This document shows positions 56,695 through 64,000 of a stretch of 64,000 nucleotides of DNA, piece after piece (position 1 is the first letter of the stretch; each line of letters opens with the position of its first letter). Position numbers and translations under genes: made by a program. Origin of the DNA: SAR202 cluster bacterium (lineage in GTDB: Bacteria > Chloroflexota > Dehalococcoidia > Lucifugimonadales > UBA3495). The stretch is taken from the NCBI GenBank assembly GCA_013204585.1, contig JABMNL010000009.1, positions 22,058 to 86,057 on the forward strand, given 5' to 3'. A model generated the notes under the pieces. That model was not told where the DNA came from and did no database searches. It was given only the letters and a program-made list of their open reading frames with translations.

Positions 56695-57475
56695 AGAAAC
56701 GGAAAAACCTAACGACCTAGAAGAAACCGAAGAGTCTGAAGGGACTGTCGGTGAACTCTCCGAGTCCGAAAATTCGCCGGAGACTGAGGGCGGCGAAGAG
56801 AAGACTGAAGGCGGAGAACCGGAAGCCCCACGTCGGCAACGACGGGAGCGTGCAGGTGCCCGTGCGGGTGGCGGAAGAACGTCTACGGCCGCTTTAGAGC
56901 CACCGACCGAGCCTCCACCTACTCCTCGTCTCTATGAGCGGTTCAAAAATGAGATTGTTCCCACCATGGTTCGGGAGTTTAGCTACAAGAGTTCCATGGA
57001 GGTGCCACGGCTCCAGAAAATAGTTCTGAACATTGGCGTGGGGGAAGCCCTGACCAACGGACGGGCCATTGAGGCCGCCAGTCGGGATTTGACCACCATT
57101 AGCGGTCAGAAACCCATTGTCACCAAAGCGCGGCAATCGATAGCAGGTTTCAAGGTGCGCCAAGGAAACCCCATAGGTACCGCAGTGACCCTTCGGGGTG
57201 CACGGATGTACCACTTCTTGGACCGCTTGGTTAACACCGCTCTGCCCCGGATTCGCGACTTTCGAGGGTTGCCCAGGCGCGGCCTGGATGGGCGGGGTAA
57301 CTTCTCCATCGGTATTCGGGAGCAGATAATTTTCCCTGAAATCGACTATAACGATATAGATAAAATTAGAGGACTCCAGGTCACGATTGCCACTTCGGCC
57401 AAAAATGATACCGAGGCCATCCGCCTGTTGGAACTCTACGGCATGCCATTCATAAAAGACACGGTTGAGGCCTAA
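56684..57475 (+). CDS. rplE: 50S ribosomal protein L5 with a ~80-aa acidic N-terminal extension
   Basis: 263 aa. Canonical L5 begins at [13 protein letters not shown]. The only in-frame ATG/GTG/TTG upstream of that block is ATG 56684. Confidence 0.85.
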   Translation: MLDEETEKPNDLEETEESEGTVGELSESENSPETEGGEEKTEGGEPEAPRRQRRERAGARAGGGRTSTAALEPPTEPPPTPRLYERFKNEIVPTMVREFSYKSSMEVPRLQKIVLNIGVGEALTNGRAIEAASRDLTTISGQKPIVTKARQSIAGFKVRQGNPIGTAVTLRGARMYHFLDRLVNTALPRIRDFRGLPRRGLDGRGNFSIGIREQIIFPEIDYNDIDKIRGLQVTIATSAKNDTEAIRLLELYGMPFIKDTVEA

Positions 57476-57486
57476 CGGAGGCGTCG

Positions 57487-57672
57487 TTGGCAAAGACTTC
57501 AATGATCCAAAAATGGCTCAGGGAGCCTAAATTTCCGGGACGGGCTTATAACCGGTGCGGCCGGTGTGGTCGTCCGCGGGCCTATATTAGACACGTCGGA
57601 CTTTGCCGCATTTGTTTCCGGCAGTTGGCCCTATCGGGTGAATTGCCGGGCGTGCGCAAAGCCAGCCTTTAA
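57487..57672 (+). CDS. rpsN: 30S ribosomal protein S14, type Z (zinc-binding)
   Basis: 61 aa. CGRCGRP...CRICFR. TTG start. Confidence 0.9.
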   Translation: MAKTSMIQKWLREPKFPGRAYNRCGRCGRPRAYIRHVGLCRICFRQLALSGELPGVRKASL

Positions 57673-57744
57673 CCAAGAATTAAGTTTGGTACATCGGTAC
57701 CAAAACTTTGTTAGTTTCAAGCAGAGAGGGGAGATAGACCTAAA

Positions 57745-58143
57745 ATGCCGGTAACCGACCCATTGGCAGACATGTTAACCAGGATTCGTAACGCTGTACA
57801 AGTGCGCCACGAGTCGGTCAGTCTCCCACATTCTAAATTGAAGTTGGCCGTTGCCAAGATTCTTAAGGATGAGGGCTTCATCCGGGACTTTGATATGCCC
57901 CGTGCTCAAGCCCATCCAACATTGCGGCTGCACCTTACTTATCGTGAGGGAAGACAACCTGCAATTGCTGGCCTCAAGCGCGTTAGCAAACCCGGACTGA
58001 GAGTTTACGTAGGCAAGGGAGAGATTCCCAGGGTCTACGGCGGTCTTGGTGTGGCGATTGTATCCACCTCCAAAGGCATCATGGCCGGCCGACAGGCTTG
58101 GCGTGAAGGTGTCGGCGGAGAGCTACTTTGTTATATTTGGTGA
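57745..58143 (+). CDS. rpsH: 30S ribosomal protein S8
   Basis: 132 aa. Confidence 0.95.
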   Translation: MPVTDPLADMLTRIRNAVQVRHESVSLPHSKLKLAVAKILKDEGFIRDFDMPRAQAHPTLRLHLTYREGRQPAIAGLKRVSKPGLRVYVGKGEIPRVYGGLGVAIVSTSKGIMAGRQAWREGVGGELLCYIW

Positions 58144-58150
58144 TTCGGCT

Positions 58151-58723
58151 GTGATAGATAATAAATCAGAAAAAACCCTTTCCCGCATTGGCCGAAAGCC
58201 CATACCCCTACCGGACGGCGTCCAAGTAGAGGTGCTATACGGCGGCGTGAAAGTTACCGGACCCAAAGGTACCGTTGAACAGAAATACCATCCTGATGTG
58301 GTAGTTAATGTGGAAGGCGGCCAGGTCATTGTGGAGCGCCAATCGCCTAATAAGTTCCACCATTCCTTGCACGGCCTCACACGTAGCCTGATTGCCAACG
58401 CCGTGATTGGCGTGTCTGAAGGGTACACTCGTACCCTAGAGATTATGGGCGTCGGTTACAGGGTTGCCGGGGCTGGCGATGGAATACTGCTTAACGTTGG
58501 TTTTAGCCACCCCGTGGAGATTCACCCGTCTGAAGGGGTAACTATGGACGTGGAAGGAACCAATAGGGTTCATGTTCGCGGTATCGATAAGCAAAAGGTC
58601 GGGCAGTTGGCGGCCCAGGTTAGAAGGGTTCGCCCGCCCAACGCCTACAAAGAAAAGGGCATTAAATACTCCGACGAAATTCTTCATTTTAAACCTGGAA
58701 AGGCGGCGGCTAGAAAGGCTTAA
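58151..58723 (+). CDS. rplF: 50S ribosomal protein L6
   Basis: I trimmed the track ORF (which starts at 58046 and overlaps rpsH) to in-frame GTG 58151. The conserved SRIGRKPIPLP lies near the N-terminus. Start confidence is moderate. Confidence 0.85.
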   Translation: MIDNKSEKTLSRIGRKPIPLPDGVQVEVLYGGVKVTGPKGTVEQKYHPDVVVNVEGGQVIVERQSPNKFHHSLHGLTRSLIANAVIGVSEGYTRTLEIMGVGYRVAGAGDGILLNVGFSHPVEIHPSEGVTMDVEGTNRVHVRGIDKQKVGQLAAQVRRVRPPNAYKEKGIKYSDEILHFKPGKAAARKA

Positions 58724-58758
58724 CGGTCTGAACCAAGTCCCGCGTTAAAAAAACAAAT

Positions 58759-59127
58759 ATGCCTAAAGATAAAAACGCAAAACGTCTTCGAAAAGTACGC
58801 CAAATCAGGCTACGGAAAAAGGTTATCGGTACTCCCGAGCGCCCTAGGCTTTCCGTGTTCCGAAGCCTGCAGCACATCTACGCACAGGTAATCGATGACA
58901 CAACCGGGCGGACTCTGGCGGCCGCTTCGAGTTCCGATGCGGTTAAAGAGGCTGGCGCTCCAATTACCCCCAAGATTGCGGTGTCTACCGCAGTTGGGAG
59001 ATTGGTCGCTGAAAGAGCCATGTCCGAAGGTATCACTAAGGTGGTATTTGACCGTGGCGGATGTAAATATCACGGTAGGGTCAAGGCCCTAGCCGAAGCA
59101 ACCCGGGAAGCCGGGCTGCAATTTTAG
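58759..59127 (+). CDS. rplR: 50S ribosomal protein L18
   Basis: 122 aa. Confidence 0.95.
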   Translation: MPKDKNAKRLRKVRQIRLRKKVIGTPERPRLSVFRSLQHIYAQVIDDTTGRTLAAASSSDAVKEAGAPITPKIAVSTAVGRLVAERAMSEGITKVVFDRGGCKYHGRVKALAEATREAGLQF

Positions 59128-59173
59128 TTATGAATTTTGATTTACCGCAGAGACTGGGAGGTCTAGTCCTCTA

Positions 59174-59737
59174 ATGGTCCAAGCCCCTAATAGGTTCTTC
59201 TCCGATCGTGGCCGTGGCCGCGACGAAGACACTGGTGGTTTCTCCGAAAGGGTGGTCTTCACCCGCCGTATTTCCAAGGTTGTGAAGGGTGGCCGAAATC
59301 TCCGCTTCAACGCGTTGGTGGTAGTGGGAGACGGTCAAGGTCAGGTGGGCGTTGGCTTGGGTAAGTCCCTGGTCATACCCGATGCGGTGAGAAAAGGTAA
59401 CGCTGTTGCCCGCCGGAACGTGGTAACTATTCCGATGAAGGGAAACACCATCCCTCAGCAAATTACGGTAAAAAAGGGCGCAACCATTGTGATGATTAAG
59501 CCGGCCCGTGAAGGGACGGGAGTCATCGCTTCTGCTGCCATGCGCGCAATCTTAGAACTGGGCGGCGTGAAAGACGTTGTTGGCAAGACAATGGGCTCAC
59601 GGAATCCCATCAACATCGTGTACGCCACAATCGAAGCCCTGCGACAGTTGCGGGATCCCGAAATCGAACTGGCCCGGAGACTCGGTCGTCCGATGCCGAC
59701 AAGGGTACAGCCCGAGACGGAACCGGAAGTACAATAA
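59174..59737 (+). CDS. rpsE: 30S ribosomal protein S5
   Basis: 187 aa. VVKGGRNLRFNALVVVGD. Confidence 0.95.
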   Translation: MVQAPNRFFSDRGRGRDEDTGGFSERVVFTRRISKVVKGGRNLRFNALVVVGDGQGQVGVGLGKSLVIPDAVRKGNAVARRNVVTIPMKGNTIPQQITVKKGATIVMIKPAREGTGVIASAAMRAILELGGVKDVVGKTMGSRNPINIVYATIEALRQLRDPEIELARRLGRPMPTRVQPETEPEVQ

Positions 59738-59820
59738 CAATCAGTCCTCTTCGACCAAGGCAATCTGCCTGAGCCGACAGGAAACTGGGCTTCTTCAATA
59801 AAAAGACAGGTCAACACATT

Positions 59821-60000
59821 ATGGCGGAAATAAAAATTACTTGGACCAGAAGCACGATTGGACGCCCAGAGAGTCAACGTCGGATTATTAAGTCGCTTGG
59901 TTTACGGCGCTTGCACCATACCGTGATTCATCATGACTCACCGACCATACTAGGCATGGTTAACAAAGTGAGCCACCTGGTGAAGGTAGAAGAGGCTTAA
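59821..60000 (+). CDS. rpmD: 50S ribosomal protein L30
   Basis: Not in the ORF track (59 aa). My translation: [59 protein letters not shown]. Confidence 0.85.
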   Translation: MAEIKITWTRSTIGRPESQRRIIKSLGLRRLHHTVIHHDSPTILGMVNKVSHLVKVEEA

Positions 60001-60085
60001 CCGCCCTTCTTATCCAGATATTTCTCACCGGTGCGGCTAACAGATTTACATCAAACCGGTATTAGAACCCTTGACAAACCGTTTA

Positions 60086-60113
60086 TTGGCAAGCATCACG
60101 CAGTTAAAATAAT
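60086..60113 (+). promoter_or_regulatory. Candidate internal promoter ahead of rplO-secY-adk-map
   Basis: TTGGCA - 16 nt - AATAAT within the 148-bp rpmD-rplO gap. Confidence 0.3.
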
Positions 60114-60148
60114 TCTACAAGCGTAATAGCGCAAATGAGGCGCGGCTT

Positions 60149-60598
60149 ATGATGGAACACCAACTGGCCCCTCCCAAGGGAGCCAGGCAAAACAGAAAAC
60201 GGGTTGGTCGCGGCGACGCGGCTGGCCAAGGAAGCACCGCAGGCCGGGGCATGAAGGGACAAAACTCCCGTTCCGGTGGTGGAGTACCCCCTTGGTTTGA
60301 AGGCGGTCAGTTGCCTTTGATTAAAGGATTGCCCATGAAGCGGGGCTTTCACAACAAATTCAAGACCTACTACTCGCTGGTTAAATTAGAAACGTTGGAG
60401 AAATTTGACGATGGAGACCGTATTACAGCGGAACTCCTCTTAGAGCGCGGTTATTTACGGAACCTCAACCTGCCACTGAAGGTTGTGGGTGATGGTGAGA
60501 TTAGTAAGGCCGTGACAGTGGTTGCTGCCAAGTTTACCCGCTCCGCTAAAGGTAAAATAGAAGCGGCGAAGGGAACGGCGGAGGAGATTTCGGCTTAA
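60149..60598 (+). CDS. rplO: 50S ribosomal protein L15
   Basis: 149 aa. GRGDAAGQGSTAGRGMKGQNSRSGGG. Confidence 0.95.
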   Translation: MMEHQLAPPKGARQNRKRVGRGDAAGQGSTAGRGMKGQNSRSGGGVPPWFEGGQLPLIKGLPMKRGFHNKFKTYYSLVKLETLEKFDDGDRITAELLLERGYLRNLNLPLKVVGDGEISKAVTVVAAKFTRSAKGKIEAAKGTAEEISA

Positions 60599-61926
60599 TG
60601 ATGTCAGCCGAGGCTCAGGCCGGCAAATTTCCAAAGCTGATACAGGCGGCGATTGACGCTTTCAGCCTCCCCGACTTACGGGCCAAGATACTGTTTACCT
60701 TAGCCATCCTGGCGCTGTATCGTTTTGTCGCCCATATCCCCCTACCGGGTATTGACCAGATACAGCTAGACAACCTCTTCCGCAACAATGAACTTCTAGG
60801 CTTCTTAGACCTGTTTAGCGGCGGAGCCCTTAGCCGCATGAGCATCGTGGCCCTGGGAGTATTCCCCTATATAACTTCCTCCATCATCATCCAGTTGCTG
60901 ACCCCGGTTATTCCGTCGTTGCAAGAAATGGCCCGTGAAGGCGAAGCTGGCCGGGCCAAGATGAACCAACTCACCCACTGGATTACCATTCCTATTGCCT
61001 TTGCTCAGGGGTACGGTCAATTGGTCCTCTTGGAGCAGAGCAACGTTATAGCTGATGTTGGATTCTCCGGCGAAGCTTTGCTGCCCACCATAGCCGCCCT
61101 GTTCTCCATAGCCGCCGGAACTATGTTCTTGGTGTGGCTGGGTGAAATGATTACCGAGCGGGGTATTGGTAACGGTATTTCCCTGATTATTTTCGCAGGT
61201 ATCGTCTCGGGTTTCCCCAACTTGTTAACCCGAGGGTTCTTGGATAAGGACAACGTGCTGGGTATCGGCTTCTTCGCCATTATCGGCGTGTTAATCATTG
61301 CTGCCATCGTGATGTTCAATGAAGCCCACCGTCGGATACCGGTGCAATATGGCCGTAGCATCTTTAGGGGCGGCAGAATGTACCGGCAAAGCGGGGCGAC
61401 CTATCTGCCATTGCGCATAAATTCAGCGGGTATGATACCTCTGATTTTTGCGTTCTCCATTGTAATCTTGCCCGGCACCATCGCTACTTACTTCGCCGCC
61501 AATACCACTTGGATAGGTGATGTGGCCAATTTCTTCGCTGACCTGCTGATTCCATCTTCCCCGCTGTATTGGGTGATGGTGTTTATCTTGGTGGTGATGT
61601 TCACCTTCTTCTACACGCTGGTGGTTTTCAACCAACAGCAGCTAGCCGAGAACCTCCAGAAGAATGGCGGGTTTGTGTTGGGTATTAGGCCCGGCAAGCC
61701 AACTCAGGATTATCTAAACCGAGTGATTGTGCGGATAACGTTGGGTGGCGCTCTCTTCTTGGGAACGATTGCCATCATGCCTTATATTGCATCGCTCATT
61801 ACCGACGTTCAGGCCATATCCCTCAGCAGTACCAGCCTGTTAATCATGGTTGGAGTTGGGTTGGATACATTGCGTCAACTTGAAGCGCAGTTGATGATGA
61901 GAAATTACGAAGGGTTCCTGAAATAA
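60598..61926 (+). CDS. secY: Preprotein translocase subunit SecY
   Basis: 442 aa polytopic protein. The ATG overlaps the rplO stop. Confidence 0.95.
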   Translation: MMSAEAQAGKFPKLIQAAIDAFSLPDLRAKILFTLAILALYRFVAHIPLPGIDQIQLDNLFRNNELLGFLDLFSGGALSRMSIVALGVFPYITSSIIIQLLTPVIPSLQEMAREGEAGRAKMNQLTHWITIPIAFAQGYGQLVLLEQSNVIADVGFSGEALLPTIAALFSIAAGTMFLVWLGEMITERGIGNGISLIIFAGIVSGFPNLLTRGFLDKDNVLGIGFFAIIGVLIIAAIVMFNEAHRRIPVQYGRSIFRGGRMYRQSGATYLPLRINSAGMIPLIFAFSIVILPGTIATYFAANTTWIGDVANFFADLLIPSSPLYWVMVFILVVMFTFFYTLVVFNQQQLAENLQKNGGFVLGIRPGKPTQDYLNRVIVRITLGGALFLGTIAIMPYIASLITDVQAISLSSTSLLIMVGVGLDTLRQLEAQLMMRNYEGFLK

Positions 61927-61927
61927 C

Positions 61928-62584
61928 ATGGCCCAGGGACTTAGATTGGTATTATTTGGCCCGCCCGGTGCGGGAAAGGGCACCCAGGCCCAACTGCTTC
62001 GGGACCGATTAAAAATCACCCACATTAGTTCGGGCGACCTGTTTCGGCACCACTTGGGGCAAGGTACTCCTTTGGGCTTACGGGCCAAGGAGTACATGAA
62101 CAAAGGGGAATTGGTCCCCGACGAAATAACTATCGACATCATTCTGGACAAGGTTATGTCAGTTGCGGACGGCGATGGGTTCATCCTGGACGGGTTTCCC
62201 AGGAATCCCCATCAGGCAGAAGCGCTGGAGAAGGCCTTGGCTGGTAAGTCCTGGATCTTGAACAAAGTGGTGCATATCGAAGTCTCCGAACCTGAGCTGC
62301 TGCGCAGGTTGGGTGGCAGATACGTCTGCCGAGGTTGCCAGTCACCCCACTCCATCGGTGAAGGTGAGGACGCGGCGACCAAGAAATGCGATCAATGCGG
62401 CGGTGAACTCTACCAACGGGACGATGATGGCCCCGAGGCGGTTAAGAAACGAATTCAGGTCTACAACGACGAAACCATGCCTGTACTCGGTTTCTACCGA
62501 AAACGGGGAGTCTTAGCGGATATCTCAGGCGACAACACCGTGGATGAAGTCAACAAACAGGTCATGGCAGCCCTCGGCGCGTAG
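61928..62584 (+). CDS. adk: Adenylate kinase (zinc-lid form)
   Basis: 218 aa. GPPGAGKGTQ, with the lid CRGC...CDQC. Confidence 0.95.
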   Translation: MAQGLRLVLFGPPGAGKGTQAQLLRDRLKITHISSGDLFRHHLGQGTPLGLRAKEYMNKGELVPDEITIDIILDKVMSVADGDGFILDGFPRNPHQAEALEKALAGKSWILNKVVHIEVSEPELLRRLGGRYVCRGCQSPHSIGEGEDAATKKCDQCGGELYQRDDDGPEAVKKRIQVYNDETMPVLGFYRKRGVLADISGDNTVDEVNKQVMAALGA

Positions 62585-62664
62585 ATTTACCCCGCGGCGG
62601 GGCCGAATAATAGATATAGTCCGTTGGGTTCCCAAGGCAATCATTCGGGAGTAGAATAAATCAA

Positions 62665-63471
62665 GTGAATCGCGGCCGAAAAATACAGACCGCTTCTAAC
62701 TCGCCGTCCACCTACTCGGGGGGGATTACAATAAAATCGCCCCAAGAGTTGGACTCTATGCGTCGTGCGGGAGCGATTGTAGGCGCAACAATTGATTTGT
62801 TGAAGTCAGCGGTGGAGCCTGGAATGACCACCAAAGACTTGGACAAAATTGCGTACAGAGAGATTACGCGACAGGGAGCCAAGCCCACGTTCATGGGTTA
62901 CCATGGGTTTCCTGCCAGTATCTGCACGTCAGTTAACGAAGAAATTGTCCACGGAATACCCGGTAAACGGGTGCTTCGTGAAGGCGATATCGTCAAAGTT
63001 GACGTGGGCGCGACCATCGAGGGCTTTATCGGAGATGCAGCGGTCTCCCTTGCCGTGGGCGAAGTGTCCCCGGAAGCCCTAGCCTTGATGGAAGATACGC
63101 GCCTCAGTCTTGAAGAAGGTATCAAAGCGGCCCAGCCAGGTGGTAGGGTCGGAGATATAGGCGCTGCGGTACAGGCCTACGGTGAAAGCCGGGGGTACGG
63201 CGTAGTGCGGGAGTTCGTGGGGCACGGCGTAGGCCGCTTCCTACATGAGGATCCCCAGGTACCCAACTATGGGCAGGCGGGCATGGGTCCGCTGCTACGT
63301 GTTGGTATGTGTATCGCCATCGAGCCGATGTTCAACATGGGCGACTGGCATACAAAAATATTGGATGACGAGTGGACCGTGATTACCGCTGACGGTAAAC
63401 TTTCTGCCCACTTCGAACACTCGATAGCGATTACCGAGGACGGTCCGGAGATTCTGACCGTCCACAGTTAG
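62665..63471 (+). CDS. map: Methionine aminopeptidase, type I
   Basis: 268 aa. HGIPG, DVGA and HFEHS metal-site motifs. GTG start is uncertain. Confidence 0.9.
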   Translation: MNRGRKIQTASNSPSTYSGGITIKSPQELDSMRRAGAIVGATIDLLKSAVEPGMTTKDLDKIAYREITRQGAKPTFMGYHGFPASICTSVNEEIVHGIPGKRVLREGDIVKVDVGATIEGFIGDAAVSLAVGEVSPEALALMEDTRLSLEEGIKAAQPGGRVGDIGAAVQAYGESRGYGVVREFVGHGVGRFLHEDPQVPNYGQAGMGPLLRVGMCIAIEPMFNMGDWHTKILDDEWTVITADGKLSAHFEHSIAITEDGPEILTVHS

Positions 63472-63541
63472 TTCCGGCGTTGGGCCCGGCTTAGGCTGGA
63501 CTGAAAATACCGGGATTGCAAATACGAACTAAAGAGGGCTT

Positions 63542-63760
63542 ATGGCGAAGAAACAGGCGATCGAGGTGGAGGCCAGCGTAAAAGAGGCCCTACCTAATGG
63601 GATGTTCCGTGTTGAACTACCCAACGACCACGCGGTCTTGGCCCATGTGTCCGGCAAAATTAGGAAGAACTTTATCCGGGTGTTGCCGGGCGATCGGGTG
63701 TTGGTGGAGTTATCTCCTTACGACCTGACCCGGGGCCGGATTACCTACCGATTTAAGTAA
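63542..63760 (+). CDS. infA: Translation initiation factor IF-1
   Basis: 72 aa with an S1-like fold sequence. Confidence 0.95.
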   Translation: MAKKQAIEVEASVKEALPNGMFRVELPNDHAVLAHVSGKIRKNFIRVLPGDRVLVELSPYDLTRGRITYRFK

Positions 63761-63820
63761 TATTAAAGTATTAGTCATGCCGGATTGTTTTCCGGTTAGA
63801 TTAAAGAAAGGGCAGTAGTC

Positions 63821-63934
63821 TTGAAAGTATCAGCGTCAGTAAAACCCAGGTGCAGCAATTGCCGCGTGATTAAGCGCAAAGGTGTTGTCAGAATTATCTG
63901 TAGCAACGCCAGGCACTCCCAACGCCAAGGTTAA
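63821..63934 (+). CDS. rpmJ: 50S ribosomal protein L36 (zinc form)
   Basis: Not in the ORF track (37 aa). TTG start. My translation: [37 protein letters not shown]. Confidence 0.85.
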   Translation: MKVSASVKPRCSNCRVIKRKGVVRIICSNARHSQRQG

Positions 63935-64000
63935 CAAAAAGTAATATTCAATATGACCGCGCCCACCAGCACGGTAGACCTGCAAGCAGGTCCAGTTAAA

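Noticed and set aside
57680-57712. A stem-loop (AGTTTGGTAC…GTACCAAAACT) in the rpsN-rpsH spacer, as a possible S8 autoregulatory site.
   Set aside because: I could not match it to the known S8-binding motif by eye. It is a short imperfect stem and the idea is too speculative.
63953-64000. An ATG-initiated frame after rpmJ (MTAPTSTVDLQAGPVK…), where rpsM is usually found, plus the palindrome GACCTGCAAGCAGGTC.
   Set aside because: The sequence does not resemble S13 and the window ends after 16 codons. It cannot be called.

Overview
Densely coded chromosomal segment of moderately high GC (by eye). Genes run mostly on the minus strand up to about 46.8 kb. After that comes the plus-strand str/S10/spc/alpha ribosomal-protein supercluster (rpsL through rpmJ, with fusA, secY, adk, map and infA). 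From left to right: a partial FMN-dependent hydroxy-acid dehydrogenase; a GntR-headed 2-oxoacid:ferredoxin oxidoreductase operon; a geranylgeranyl-reductase-like flavoprotein; an NfeD-SPFH pair; a long HPF; a DUF429 protein; MeaB; a CysRS-GT2 fusion; an acyl-CoA-centred cluster (double family III CoA-transferase, Gfo/Idh/MocA, cyclophilin-like, DAO-type flavoprotein, DUF971, TPP enzyme, crotonase); hisZ-hisG-X-hisD-hisC-hisB; two SDRs; birA; glyQS; and a cobalt/cobalamin block. That block, read along the minus strand, is: cbiE-like, cobN, a B12 riboswitch driving a family-5 ABC binding protein plus 2 permeases, then a second B12 riboswitch driving cbtB, cbtA and chlID. I recognised no rRNA, tRNA, CRISPR array, transposase, integrase or known defence gene. 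My taxon guess is a monoderm-type lineage such as Chloroflexota, based on gene content, the lipoprotein binding protein and the Gram-positive-type S12; this is weak inference only. I do not see a clear, wholly new multigene system. The best leads are: (1) the CysRS-GT2 fusion; (2) two paralogous promoter + B12-riboswitch + terminator cassettes, each with a mini-ORF that stops on the terminator stem, one of them driving an ABC importer with no ATPase gene; (3) a 70-bp two-hairpin element found upstream of three genes, always in the same orientation; (4) a tandem-fused CoA-transferase within an acyl-CoA cluster; (5) long-form HisG next to HisZ, with an uncharacterised metal-hydrolase gene inside the his operon; (6) low-complexity extensions on several ribosomal proteins; (7) several short tandem repeats at gene boundaries. 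All homology calls come from reading the translations. No searches were run.
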